A DNA stretch of 63,816 nt, filler included, from Candidatus Rokuibacteriota bacterium (GTDB taxonomy: Bacteria; JAUVQV01; DATDCY01), in NCBI GenBank assembly GCA_031406795.1. It is 7 parts of 7 records of this genome, joined end to end, with 100 filler letters (N's around TTAATTAATTAA, not from the genome) between each part and the next. Parts side by side here need not be neighbours in the genome. Positions count along the whole stretch, not along the records: positions 29,714 to 56,889 come from JANOHV010000093.1; positions 56,990 to 62,132 come from JANOHV010000114.1; 5 more parts are not named here. The stretch is one strand, 5' to 3'. The notes beneath the pieces are model-generated. The model worked only from the letters and a program-made list of their open reading frames with translations. It made no database searches and had not been told where the DNA came from. Shown here one piece after another: positions 49,672-59,500 of this stretch (positions are counted from its first letter, which is position 1; each line of letters starts with the position of its first letter). The position numbers were made by a program, and so were the translations under genes.

Positions 49672-49956
49672 TTACGCCGCCGGCGCGTGCGTATAGCACT
49701 TCTTGGCACAGATGCGCGCGCAGGCCTCGCAGCCGATGCAGTCGCCGCGGTCCTTCACGCTCATCACCTTGTTGCCCATGCGGTCGCCGAACTCGTCGTC
49801 ATCGTCGCCTGCGAACGGCTTCTCCACGAGCGCGAGGACTGCGCGCCCGCAGGCCTTGTAGCACCGGCCGCAGCCGATGCAACGCTCGGGGTCGACGGAG
49901 ACGACGAACCGCGGTGTCCATTCCCGTCCGCCACAGGTCACCGGCATTTCGTTCAC
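49672..49956 (-). CDS. fdxB: nif-specific ferredoxin III
   Basis: WTPRFV, CIGCGRCYKAC, CIGCEACARIC. Confidence 0.88.
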   Translation of the reverse strand: MNEMPVTCGGREWTPRFVVSVDPERCIGCGRCYKACGRAVLALVEKPFAGDDDDEFGDRMGNKVMSVKDRGDCIGCEACARICAKKCYTHAPAA

Positions 49957-49969
49957 GGCGGCTCCTCTC

Positions 49970-50392
49970 CTAGGCGATAGCTGCGTCGCCGCGTTCGCCG
50001 GTGCGGATGCGCACGGCGTCCTCGATCGGCAGCAGGAAGATCTTCCCGTCGCCGTAGCGGCCACTGCGGTTGATCCCGACCACGGTCTCGACGACCCGCT
50101 CTGCCGGGACCTCGGAGACCACGATGTCGAGCAGGCTTTTCGGGACCCAGCAGACCGGCTTGGTCAGCGTCGATGCGCCGGCCATGCTCGACGGGGTCGG
50201 GAATTTCCAGATCTTCGAGACCGACTCGATGTTGCCGCGCATCAGCGGGTCGACGACCTCCATGATGTTTCCGCCCTGCTTGCCGCGCCCGTGCACGGTG
50301 TGCACGGTGACCGAGTCGACGCCGACGCCCGAGAGCGCCTCGAGCGTCTCCTTGACTTTGTCCTGCCGGATGATGGCGAAGATCTCTCTCAC
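49970..50392 (-). CDS. nifI2: NifI2-type P-II protein
   Basis: VREIFAIIR, GRGKQ, VPKSLLDIVV, GDGKIF. Confidence 0.8.
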   Translation of the reverse strand: MREIFAIIRQDKVKETLEALSGVGVDSVTVHTVHGRGKQGGNIMEVVDPLMRGNIESVSKIWKFPTPSSMAGASTLTKPVCWVPKSLLDIVVSEVPAERVVETVVGINRSGRYGDGKIFLLPIEDAVRIRTGERGDAAIA

Positions 50393-50703
50393 AGCCCTGC
50401 CCCCGTGCGGACGGTGACGGCCTCGTCGATGGCGCTGACGAAGATCTTCCCGTCGCCGATGAAGCCGGTCTTCGAGACGTCGGTGATCACGCCGAGCACC
50501 TTGGTAACGTCGTCGTCGTTGACGACGAGCAGCAGCAGAATCTTTGCCAGCATGTCGTAGTGCACCGGGCCGACCTGCAGCCCCTTCTGCTTGCCGCGGC
50601 CGAAGACGTGGGCCTTGGTCATCGCCGGGAAACCCGCCCCTTCGAGGGCGAGGACGACATCGTGCTCCTTCTCGGGCCGGATGATTGCTCGGACCATCTT
50701 CAT
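50389..50703 (-). CDS. nifI1: NifI1-type P-II protein
   Basis: MKMVRAIIRPEK, VFGRGKQKG...YD, GDGKIFV. Confidence 0.85.
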   Translation of the reverse strand: MKMVRAIIRPEKEHDVVLALEGAGFPAMTKAHVFGRGKQKGLQVGPVHYDMLAKILLLLVVNDDDVTKVLGVITDVSKTGFIGDGKIFVSAIDEAVTVRTGAGL

Positions 50704-51131
50704 CGCGCTTCTCCTTTTGTTTCGTGCGTTGCGTTGGCATGCGGCTTCAAAGCGAGGCGGAGCCAGGGCGGCGGCGCCGTACGGATCTGTTCCATGAGGC
50801 GTTCGGCAGACTCGAGAATGACGGTCCGCTCGGGGACCTTGACCGGCATGATCCCCAGCCGGGCCATGCGGGCTGCGGCGGGGCCGCCGATCGCCGTCAT
50901 GTAGACCAGGCGGCAGTCGCGGAGCCGCTCGACCTTCTGCACGATGGCGTTATCGTGCGCGTCGCCCTGGCCGCGCGTGCCCTCGACGGCCGCGTCCCGA
51001 CCTTCGGCGAAAACCAGATCCGGGAGCGGCGTGTAGCCCGCCATCGTGAAATCTAGGATCGCGAAGCGGCCGGCCCGGCCGAAGTGTTCATCGATCAGGC
51101 AGCCGTCCGTGGTCGCGAAAGCAACTTTCAT
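50700..51131 (-). CDS. nifX: NifX
   Basis: MKVAFATTD, DEHFG, AIGGPAAAR, PPPWL. Confidence 0.9.
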   Translation of the reverse strand: MKVAFATTDGCLIDEHFGRAGRFAILDFTMAGYTPLPDLVFAEGRDAAVEGTRGQGDAHDNAIVQKVERLRDCRLVYMTAIGGPAAARMARLGIMPVKVPERTVILESAERLMEQIRTAPPPWLRLALKPHANATHETKGEAR

Positions 51132-53704
51132 GGGGCACCTCCGTTCATGGCGTTGCCGATGTCGTTGACGAGGCCGAGGGTGCCCCGATAGCCGATATTG
51201 ACGCGCTGGCAGTGACCGAGTCGCTCGAAGACCGGAAATCCCCAGACAAAATGTGCGGCATGCAGGTCGCGCGCCGGGAGCTCCCCGTGGGAGCCGGCAA
51301 CGAGCAGGTCGACGCCCTGTTCGAGAGTGGCGTAGTCGCCGACGTCGACGCGCCGCGCGTTGATGGTGCCCAGAGCGGGCGATCTTGTAGGAACGACCGC
51401 CTGGTTCACCATGGCGTTCATCTCCGCAAGCAGCCCGGCGATAGCGACCGCCGCATCTGTTTCCAGCGCGAGGGCCGCGCGCCGGCCGCCGAACGCGGTC
51501 ATGGCATCGCGCATGCAGTCGACAACGATTCGACGCTCTCGCAAGAAGCGCTGGGGGGTGGGGATCCCCCCGGCGCTCGCGAGTAGTTCGAAAAAGGCAT
51601 CAACTGTGGCGAGGCCGATCGGGTAGGGCAGAACCTTGAACGGCACGCCGCAAGTCTGTTCCAGGTAGGCTGCGGCACCGGCGAGGCTCGCGCCGAGCGC
51701 AATCGTCAGGCCGGCGCTACCCATGGCGCGGATCGCGGCAAGCGGCGTGCCGCCCGAGGCGAGTGCGGAGTAATCACTGCGGCCGCCCTCGAGAGCCGAA
51801 AGATCAGGGAGGATGGTCGCCGTCAGACCGAAGGCGTCGGCTATCGCGCGCAACTCACGGCAGTCTGCGGGAGTCAGGCCGGGGCCGGCGAGGATGTTCA
51901 CGCGCCGTTCGTGCCGGCTGCCTGGGGTTGCCAGTCCCACCAACGCCTTGACCGCGGCGGCGAATCCCTCCTCAAGGCCTCCCGTGTAGTCAGGCGTCGA
52001 GATGGGGAGTATGACGGCCGATCCCGTGTCGATCCCGCGTAACGCGGAAACCGGCTCGTCCCCCTTGACCTCGGAGAGGCCGGAGGAGAGCGTGGCGACA
52101 AGGTCGGGCTTCTGATTTTCGAGCGCGCTGCGCACCGCGGCGGCGAGCAACTCCGGACCGCCGAGCACGAGGTCCTCCGAAAAGACTTTCGTCGATACAA
52201 GCGCGATCGGCTCGTGGAAGTGCTTCGTCAGCAGCACTTTCCCGAGAAAGGAGCAGCCTTGTGCGCCGTTGTGGACGACGGCGGCACGGTCGACGCCCTG
52301 CAGCGCCATCGCGGCACCGATGGCGGGCGAGTGGCGCAGCGGGTTGGTGCTCAGGGAGCGCTTGGATGCAGGGGTCACCCGCGGGGCGGGGGCTGCGACG
52401 CCCTCGCGGCCGATGCGGTAGAACTCGATCGCCTCGGTCATCCGCTGGGCAAGGTTCACGAGGCCTTCGTATCCGGCATACGCCGTGTGCCGCTCCTGGT
52501 TGGCATCGATGAAGGGGAAGCCCTCCTTGATCGCCAGGTACTGATTACGGCCGCCGGCGACCAGAATGTCCGCGCCGCTCTCGGCCATCAGGGTGCGGAT
52601 CTTCGCCGGCGACATGTTTTCGTGCAGCGGGGCGTCGGGTCCGAGGATCGCGCGCATCTTCTGCTCGTCCTCGTACGTGGCCTTCTTCGTGCCGACCGCG
52701 GCCAAGCTCAGTCCCAGGTCCTGGAGCGCGGAGATGAATGACCAGCTCTTGACGCCGCCGGTGTAAAGGACAGCCTTCTTTCCCGTCAGCGCGGCGTAGG
52801 GAGCAAGACGCTCGGCGAGGCGGTCCTCCTCCTCGCCGATGAGCGCCTCGACGCGGGCCGGCAGCAATGGGTCGCGCGAAACGAGAGCGGCGGCCATCGC
52901 TCGCAACGATCGGGCGATCTGCGTGCGGCCGAAGAAGGAGGCCTCGACGTACGGGACGCCCCAGCGCCGCTGCATCCCGCGAGCGACGTTGATCAGTGCC
53001 CGGCCGCAGACGACAACATTCAGATGTGCCCGGTGCGCGCCGCGGATCTCCTCGAAGGCGGCGTTGCCGGTGAGCCGGGCGTGGACGGTGATGCCCGCGC
53101 GCTCGAGCAGCGGCTCGATGAGGTCCTGATCGCCGGCAATGTTGTACTCGCCGACCAGGTTCACCGCGAGCGGTGCGACGGCGTCCGGTTCGGCCGTCCC
53201 GATCACGCGCTCGAGAAGCACCTCCCCGGCCATGCGGTTGCCGAGGTTCTTCGGACCGACAAAGCCCGGCGCGTCAACCGGGAGCACCGGGAGCCCCAGC
53301 TCGGCTTCGGCCTCGCGGCAGGCGGCGTGGATGTCCTCGCCGATCATGCCGGTGACGCAGGTTGCATAGACGAAGATCGCCCGCGGGCGGGCATCGCGCG
53401 CCGTCTCACGAATCGCTGCGCGCAGCTTTGCGGCCGCGCCGTAGACGATGTCCAGCTCCGAAAGGTCGGTCGTGTACGCCCGGCGGTGCAGTTCGCCCTT
53501 GGTCGTGCGTGTCCCGCGCGACTCCCAGGAGTTGCCGAGGCAGGCGATCGGGCCGTGCACCAGGTGTGCGGCATCCGCAATGCAGCCGAGCACGATCATC
53601 GCGCCGTCGAACGCGCACGACTCCCCCCCGCGCTGGCGGCAGACGCCGTTCATGGCGTCCGGCCGGCACGCGTCGGTAAACAATCGCTCCGTGGTGGCGG
53701 TCAT
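51128..53704 (-). CDS. nifEN: Fused NifE-NifN scaffold
   Basis: NifE: CAFDGA, HGPIAC, YTGGVKSWS, NQERH; NifN from STNPLRHSPAIGA, GAQGC, GFPVFERLG. Confidence 0.93.
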   Translation of the reverse strand: MTATTERLFTDACRPDAMNGVCRQRGGESCAFDGAMIVLGCIADAAHLVHGPIACLGNSWESRGTRTTKGELHRRAYTTDLSELDIVYGAAAKLRAAIRETARDARPRAIFVYATCVTGMIGEDIHAACREAEAELGLPVLPVDAPGFVGPKNLGNRMAGEVLLERVIGTAEPDAVAPLAVNLVGEYNIAGDQDLIEPLLERAGITVHARLTGNAAFEEIRGAHRAHLNVVVCGRALINVARGMQRRWGVPYVEASFFGRTQIARSLRAMAAALVSRDPLLPARVEALIGEEEDRLAERLAPYAALTGKKAVLYTGGVKSWSFISALQDLGLSLAAVGTKKATYEDEQKMRAILGPDAPLHENMSPAKIRTLMAESGADILVAGGRNQYLAIKEGFPFIDANQERHTAYAGYEGLVNLAQRMTEAIEFYRIGREGVAAPAPRVTPASKRSLSTNPLRHSPAIGAAMALQGVDRAAVVHNGAQGCSFLGKVLLTKHFHEPIALVSTKVFSEDLVLGGPELLAAAVRSALENQKPDLVATLSSGLSEVKGDEPVSALRGIDTGSAVILPISTPDYTGGLEEGFAAAVKALVGLATPGSRHERRVNILAGPGLTPADCRELRAIADAFGLTATILPDLSALEGGRSDYSALASGGTPLAAIRAMGSAGLTIALGASLAGAAAYLEQTCGVPFKVLPYPIGLATVDAFFELLASAGGIPTPQRFLRERRIVVDCMRDAMTAFGGRRAALALETDAAVAIAGLLAEMNAMVNQAVVPTRSPALGTINARRVDVGDYATLEQGVDLLVAGSHGELPARDLHAAHFVWGFPVFERLGHCQRVNIGYRGTLGLVNDIGNAMNGGAP

Positions 53705-53734
53705 GATCGTGTTGTCCTGTCGCGTCTTCGTTCG

Positions 53735-55165
53735 TCAGCGCAGCAATTCGAAATGCGCGTCGTCGCAGGTGCGGTCGACCTGCTCGATCAGCGCGTTGGC
53801 GATCCAGGTGATCAGGTTGATCGTCCCGCGGTAGCCGATCGTCGCATAGCGGTGCAGGTTCACCCGATCGACAATCGGGAAGCCGATGCGCACGTGCGGG
53901 ATGCCGGCATCGCGTGCCGCGTACTTGCCGTGGCTGTTGCCGATCAGCAGGTCCACCGGCTCGGTCATCAGCAGCGAGCGCAGGTGCCAGAGGTCGCGGC
54001 CGGCGTGCACCTGGCCTTCCGTGCCGAACGGCGAGGAGGCGAGCAGCGCCTGCATCTGGGCCGCCCACTTCTTCGTCCCGTTCGTCGAGACGATGTGTAC
54101 CGGTTCGGCGCCCATCTCGAGGAGAAAGCTCACGAGGCCGAGCAGCGGGTCGGGATCGCCGAAGAGGGAGATGCGCTTGCCGTGGAAGTAGGGGTGGGCG
54201 TCGGTCGCGGCATCGACCGCGCGGCCGCGCTCGGCCCGGATTGCTGCCGGTATCGGGCGCCCGGACATCTCGGAGAGCGTGGTGAGGAACCCGTCGAATG
54301 CGCCGATGCCCATCGGGGAGTGGAAAGCCTTCGTCTTCTGCCCCCACGTGCCTGAGAAGGCGGCGAGCGTCTTGGTCGTCGCGTAGGCCTGCAGCGAGAT
54401 CGTCGCCGCGGCGTTGACGCACTCGGCGGTTTCTTCGAGAGTCGTGCCGCCGTGATACATCGTGTACTCCCCGGAGAGCGGCGAGTCGAAGGACTCGCTG
54501 TTGTCGGCGAGCACCGTGACCGGGGCGCCCATCAGCGCGGCATAGCGGCGCAGTTCGCGGATGTTCTCCACGTGGGGGTCGAAGCCGGGAATGAGGTTCA
54601 CTGTTGCCGTGCGCTCGCCCTCGCGGTACTGCCCGGCGGAAAGCGCCTCGACGATGCCGAGCAGCATGCTGTCGTAGCCGGTGATGTGCGAACCGATGAA
54701 GCTCGGCGTGTGCGCGAGCGCCACCGGGAAACCCTTCGGCACCGATCCGGCTTCGCGCGCTCCGTCGAGGAAGGCCTTGAGATCGTCGCCGATGACCTCC
54801 GCCATGCACGAGGTGCAGACCGCGATCATCGCGGGCTTGTAGATGTCGTGGGCGTTCTTCAGCCCCTCGACCATGTTCGCGCGCCCGCCGAAGACCGCCG
54901 CATCCTCGGTCATCGAGTCGGAGACCGCGGGAAACGGCTCGCGGTAGTGCCGCGAGAGGTTGTTCCGGAAATACGCCGTGCAGCCCTGCGAGCCATGCTC
55001 GTAGGGGAGCGTTCCCTCGAAACCGGCCGCCGCGAAGAAGGCGCCGAGGGGCTGGCAGGCCTTCGTCGGGTTGATCACCAGGGCCTTGCGCGCGAAGTTC
55101 AGGTCCTTGTACTCGACGGTGTTGATCCACGCCGCCGTTGCCATCGTCGTGCTTACGTCGCTCAT
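53735..55165 (-). CDS. nifK: Nitrogenase MoFe protein beta chain
   Basis: INPTKACQPLG, HGSQGC, MTEDAAVFGG, CMAEVIGDDL, TPSFIGSH, RIGFPIVDR; AGGAGG RBS. Confidence 0.95.
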   Translation of the reverse strand: MSDVSTTMATAAWINTVEYKDLNFARKALVINPTKACQPLGAFFAAAGFEGTLPYEHGSQGCTAYFRNNLSRHYREPFPAVSDSMTEDAAVFGGRANMVEGLKNAHDIYKPAMIAVCTSCMAEVIGDDLKAFLDGAREAGSVPKGFPVALAHTPSFIGSHITGYDSMLLGIVEALSAGQYREGERTATVNLIPGFDPHVENIRELRRYAALMGAPVTVLADNSESFDSPLSGEYTMYHGGTTLEETAECVNAAATISLQAYATTKTLAAFSGTWGQKTKAFHSPMGIGAFDGFLTTLSEMSGRPIPAAIRAERGRAVDAATDAHPYFHGKRISLFGDPDPLLGLVSFLLEMGAEPVHIVSTNGTKKWAAQMQALLASSPFGTEGQVHAGRDLWHLRSLLMTEPVDLLIGNSHGKYAARDAGIPHVRIGFPIVDRVNLHRYATIGYRGTINLITWIANALIEQVDRTCDDAHFELLR

Positions 55166-55210
55166 CTCGAATCCCTCCTTGCGGGGTTGCATTCCGTTGT
55201 CACCGCAATC

Positions 55211-55225
55211 GCAATGCCCGTGCCA
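55211..55225 (-). promoter_or_regulatory. Consensus sigma54 promoter TGGCACGGGCATTGC directly upstream of nifK
   Basis: Exact TGGCACG-N4-TTGC match 46 bp above the nifK ATG. Confidence 0.85.
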
Positions 55226-55439
55226 GATGCCGTAAAAGCGAAATACACTGTGATGGCAAATGGTTGCGAATATCGCTGCCGATTGTGCGCTGCGCTGATG
55301 TCCGACACGAATGTGGTGTTACGACAAAGATGTGCGTTGCGGGCAAGATCGGGAAGTCGTCGCGCAATGGTCTCGACGCCGCGGAAATGATATTATATTA
55401 GTAGTGAATCGGCAACAGGCGTAATGAGAGGAGGGTCTT

Positions 55440-56021
55440 ATGGACGAATCCTCGGTGCAAAGCGTCATCGACAACCTGCGGGCCATGATCGAGCTCTCGA
55501 ACCTCGAAAAAGAGGTGCCATGGCAGCAATGGATCGAGTCCACGGTCCATAAGCGCGAGATTCGTTGCTGGGAGAAAACCAACTGCGGGAAGACCACGTG
55601 CCCCGCCTATCAGAGCGAATGCGGGCGCTGCTGGCTGATCGCCGGCACGCTCTGTGCCTGCGAGGTGACCGGCGAGAAGGCTCGGAAGATCGAAAGTTGT
55701 CTCAAATGCGAAGTATTTCAGGGCGCTATCGCAGCCGATCCTGCGGTCGAATTGCAGGAACTCCTGATCATCCTCGTGTACAACCTGCGCGAAAATCGTC
55801 GCCGTCTGGCCGAGACGCGCAAGGAGGTCAGATTACTCGAGGGGCTGCTGCCGATCTGCGCCGCCTGCAAGAAGATCCGCGACAGCGAACAGCGCTGGCA
55901 CCCGCTGGAATCGTACATCCACGACCATTCGATGGCGGAATTCAGTCATGGTCTCTGCCCCGATTGCCTGCCGATCTATTTCACGCCCGAAGGGGAGCCC
56001 CCGAACAAGAAAACGGAATGA
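55440..56021 (+). CDS. Cys-rich signalling protein: two-CW-type domain plus LPICxxCKKIR...HGxCPxC domain
   Basis: CWEKTNC...CPAY...CGRCWLIAGTLC...CLKC; C-terminus homologous to that of 37873-38871; GAGG RBS. Confidence 0.8.
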   Translation: MDESSVQSVIDNLRAMIELSNLEKEVPWQQWIESTVHKREIRCWEKTNCGKTTCPAYQSECGRCWLIAGTLCACEVTGEKARKIESCLKCEVFQGAIAADPAVELQELLIILVYNLRENRRRLAETRKEVRLLEGLLPICAACKKIRDSEQRWHPLESYIHDHSMAEFSHGLCPDCLPIYFTPEGEPPNKKTE

Positions 56022-56091
56022 CGGTTTCGCGCCCGCTCAGCCGCCGTCAGGGGTACCCGCGTGCAGGCGTTCGGGGCGCAGGTGGCAGGCC

Positions 56092-56185
56092 CTACGCGGC
56101 GAAGGGGTCCTTGACCAGTTTCCAGGCCGGGGAATTGATGGCCATGTCCATGTCGCGGGCGAAGATCGGGAAACCCGTCGTACCC
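56092..56185 (-). pseudogene. nifD: 3' remnant of nifD (about 30 codons, with a +1 frameshift)
   Basis: GYDGF / PIFARDMDMAINSPAWKLVKDPFAA* matches the NifD C-terminus. Confidence 0.8.
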
Positions 56186-56311
56186 GATGGGTTCCTCCAC
56201 CTCGTCCTCGGTGCCCTTGCAGGCTGCTAAAGAGCGGAGTCTGGCGTAGAATGCGCAATGAGTGGCAATGGCTCAGGATTAAGAAGCAGCCTACTTGAGG
56301 AGAGGTGCAGC

Positions 56312-56889
56312 ATGTCAGCGAAAAACCGAGATTCCGCCATGATCCACCCCGACGCGGGTCTGGCGGAAGGCATCACCGAGGTTCGACGCCAGGAGGCTTT
56401 GCTGAAGACCGGGGCCTTGCAGAACGCGATTTTGAACAGTGCCAACTTTTCAAGTATCGCCACCGACGAGAAGGGGGTCATTCAGCTGTTCAATGTCGGC
56501 GCCGAGCGCATGCTGGGCTACACGGCCGCCGATGTGGTGAACAAGATCACCCCGGCCGACATTTCCGATCCTCAGGAATTGATTGCGCGCGCAATGTCGT
56601 TGAGTGTCGAGCTCGGCACCCCGATTACGCCGGGCTTCGAGGCCCTGGTGTTCAAGGCCTCGCGCGGCATCGAGGACATTTACGAGCTGACCTATATCCG
56701 TAAAGACGGCAGCCGCTTCCCGGCCATCGTGTCGGTCACGGCGCTGCGCGACGCGCAGGACGCCATCATCGGCTATCTGCTGATCGGCACGGACAACACC
56801 GCCAGCAAGCGGGCCGAAGAGGCGCTTCTCAAGGCGGGAGCGCTTCAGAGCGCGATCTTCAACAGCGCCAACTTCTCGAGCATCGCCAC
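56312..56889 (+). CDS. Multi-PAS sensor protein, 3' truncated
   Basis: IQLFNVGAERMLGY, RKDGSRFP; the ALLKxGALQxAIxNSANFSSIA unit repeats. Confidence 0.85.
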
Positions 56890-56989
56890 NNNNNNNNNNN
56901 NNNNNNNNNNNNNNNNNNNNNNNNNNNNNNNNNTTAATTAATTAANNNNNNNNNNNNNNNNNNNNNNNNNNNNNNNNNNNNNNNNNNNN
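56890..56989. other. Artificial contig spacer
   Basis: N-TTAATTAATTAA-N. Confidence 0.98.
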
Positions 56990-57251
56990 ATCGAGTTTAC
57001 TTGAAGCGATGGAGGAACAGAACGTGACTGTGGACGGGAAAGTGTATCCGCTTGAGGCTCCATTCTTCGTGATGGCGACTCAGAATCCCGTGGAACTCGA
57101 GGGGACGTACCCGTTGCGTCGGCCGCTGTACCTGATCGTCAGGAAGCCGGCGAAACCGGCCGTCAAGGCTTTCGTCGATTTCGCGCTAAGTCCGAAGGGG
57201 CAGGACCTGATCAGCTCGTACGGGGCGATCTCCCTCCGAGAGATGAAGTGA
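56990..57251 (+). other. Chimeric partial ORF: MoxR AAA+ fragment joined to a PstS-like substrate-binding protein C-terminus
   Basis: LLEAMEE...[18 protein letters not shown] (MoxR) continuing as [10 protein letters not shown]...[11 protein letters not shown] (PstS-like). Confidence 0.65.
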
Positions 57252-59500
57252 GAGTCCCGCTGCGGCTGCGTGTTTCCCTGTTCGTCGTCCAGTCCGTTCT
57301 GAGCCTGAGCGTCGTCAGCACCCTGATGTTCGCCTGGTTTCTGCGCGACACCGCCGGGAGGGAGATCGTCGCCCGCGGCACGGCGCTTTGTCAATCCCTC
57401 GCGCGCGCGGCCGCGGACGGCCTGGCCGCGGAGGATCTCGATCTCATCGACCGTGCGGCCGACATCGTCCGGACCGAGGATGTCCTGTTCGCTCAGGTCT
57501 ACTCCAGCGTCTGGAGCCCGATCCAGGCCTACCCCTTCAGCGCGATGTACGCGCCGCCCGCCCCCGGTGCGCCGGCGCACTTCGAGAAGGGCGGCGGGCC
57601 GTTCTTCGTCAAGGCCGCCGACCGGTACGACTTCTACGCGCCAGTTGTGTTGAAGATCCCGCTCGCGGCCGAGATCACGATCGGGTATGCCCGCCTCGCC
57701 CTGTCGACCGCCGCGCTGCGCCATTCGCTGGCCTCGGTCGTGATCGGCAGCCTGGGGATAGCCGCGGCCATCACGCTGATCTTCGTGGCGATCACCCACG
57801 TGCTGATCGGCCGCACGGTTCTCGCCCCGCTGATGGACCTGCACCGGGCCGTCGGGCACTTCCGCGACGGGCACGTCGTCGCCATGCCGCCCGCGCGGGC
57901 CGACGACGAGATCGCGGACCTCTCCCGCGAGTTCAACGCGATGAGTCTCGCGCTCCTCGACCGGGAAGAGCGGCTTTCGGAGGAGAAGGAGCGACTCGCC
58001 GTGACGCTGCGCAGCATCGGCGACGGCGTCATCGTGACCGACGCGGACGGTCGGGTCTCGCTGCTCAACCGGGTCGCCGAGGATCTCACCGGCTGGACGA
58101 CGCAGGAGGCGGCGGGGAAGCCGTTCTGCGGGGTCTTCCGGATCCACCACGAGCTGACCCGCGAACCCTGCGAGAACATCGTCGGCCGGGTGATGGCGAG
58201 CGGCACGGTCGTCAGCCTCGCCAACCACACGGCGCTGGTTCGCAGGGACGGGCGGGAGATCGTTATCGAGGACGCGGCCGCCCCGATCCGCGACCGCGAA
58301 AGCCAGATCATCGGCGTCGTGCTGGTCTTCCGCGACGTCACCGAAAGACAACGGCTCGAGGCCGAGCTGCGCAAGGCCGAAAAACTTCAGTCCCTCGGCG
58401 TTCTCGCCGGGGGCATCGCCCACGATTTCAACAACCTGCTCACCGGCATTCTCGGCAACATCAGCCTCGCGGGGCTCGCCGTCGGACCCGCGACGCCGGC
58501 GCGCGCGCACCTCGAAGAGGCGGAGGCGGCCGTGCACCGCGCCGCCGAACTGACTAATCAGCTGCTGACTTTCTCCCGGGGCGGGGCGCCGGTGAAACAG
58601 GCCGCGGCGATCGACGAGATTCTCCGGGAGTCGGCGCGCTTCATCCTCTCGGGAACGAACATCAGGCCGGTTTTCGCCGTCGCGGCGGACGCCTGGCCGG
58701 TCGACGTCGATGCCGGGCAGATGAGCCAGGTCTTCAACAACCTCACGCTCAATGCGATGCAGGCGATGCCGGGGGGCGGGACGATCACCTACGCCGTGGA
58801 CAACGTCGCGCTCGGCCGGGGGGAGGAGCCGCTCCTGGCGCCGGGGGACTACGTACGCATCGCGGTCACGGACGAGGGCGCGGGGATCGCGGCCGCGGAC
58901 GTCGGCAGGATCTTCGACCCCTACTTCACGACGAAGCGCGAGGGCGCCGGCCTGGGCTTGACCTCCGCCTATTCGGTCGTCAAGAAACACGGCGGCCACC
59001 TCGCCGTCGCGTCGGCGCCCGGGGAGGGCGCGACTTTCGTGATCCACCTGCCGGCCGCGCGCGGCGCAATTCTGCCGCCGGCGGCGGGGGAGGAGGCGCT
59101 GCGGCGCGGGGAGGGACCGGTCCTCGTCATGGACGACGAACGGACGATCCGCGAGGTCGCCACGCAGATGCTGGAAATGCTCGGGTACGAGGCGGCAACC
59201 GCCGAGAACGGCGCCGAAGCGCTGGCGCTCTACGAACAGGCGCGGTGTCAGGGACGGCCGTTCCGGGCTGTGATTCTGGACCTGACGATCCCCGGCGGCC
59301 TGGGCGGGAAGGAGACGGTCGGCCGCCTGCTCGCGCTCGACCCCGGGGCGCGGGTCATCGTCTCGAGCGGCTACTCCAACGACCCGGTCATGGCCGAGTA
59401 CCGTTCGCACGGCTTCAGCGGAATGATGGTCAAGCCCTACAACGTGAAGGTGTTCGGCAGGACGCTCGCCGCCGTGCTCGACCAGGAGGCCGTAGCATGA
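57248..59500 (+). CDS. Hybrid sensor histidine kinase (TM-HAMP-PAS-HisKA-HATPase-REC)
   Basis: [40 protein letters not shown]. Confidence 0.93.
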   Translation: MRVPLRLRVSLFVVQSVLSLSVVSTLMFAWFLRDTAGREIVARGTALCQSLARAAADGLAAEDLDLIDRAADIVRTEDVLFAQVYSSVWSPIQAYPFSAMYAPPAPGAPAHFEKGGGPFFVKAADRYDFYAPVVLKIPLAAEITIGYARLALSTAALRHSLASVVIGSLGIAAAITLIFVAITHVLIGRTVLAPLMDLHRAVGHFRDGHVVAMPPARADDEIADLSREFNAMSLALLDREERLSEEKERLAVTLRSIGDGVIVTDADGRVSLLNRVAEDLTGWTTQEAAGKPFCGVFRIHHELTREPCENIVGRVMASGTVVSLANHTALVRRDGREIVIEDAAAPIRDRESQIIGVVLVFRDVTERQRLEAELRKAEKLQSLGVLAGGIAHDFNNLLTGILGNISLAGLAVGPATPARAHLEEAEAAVHRAAELTNQLLTFSRGGAPVKQAAAIDEILRESARFILSGTNIRPVFAVAADAWPVDVDAGQMSQVFNNLTLNAMQAMPGGGTITYAVDNVALGRGEEPLLAPGDYVRIAVTDEGAGIAAADVGRIFDPYFTTKREGAGLGLTSAYSVVKKHGGHLAVASAPGEGATFVIHLPAARGAILPPAAGEEALRRGEGPVLVMDDERTIREVATQMLEMLGYEAATAENGAEALALYEQARCQGRPFRAVILDLTIPGGLGGKETVGRLLALDPGARVIVSSGYSNDPVMAEYRSHGFSGMMVKPYNVKVFGRTLAAVLDQEAVA

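Noticed and set aside
56221-56292. Complete IS element at the nifD breakpoint
   Set aside because: Only an 8-bp inverted pair and no transposase; too weak to call as a feature
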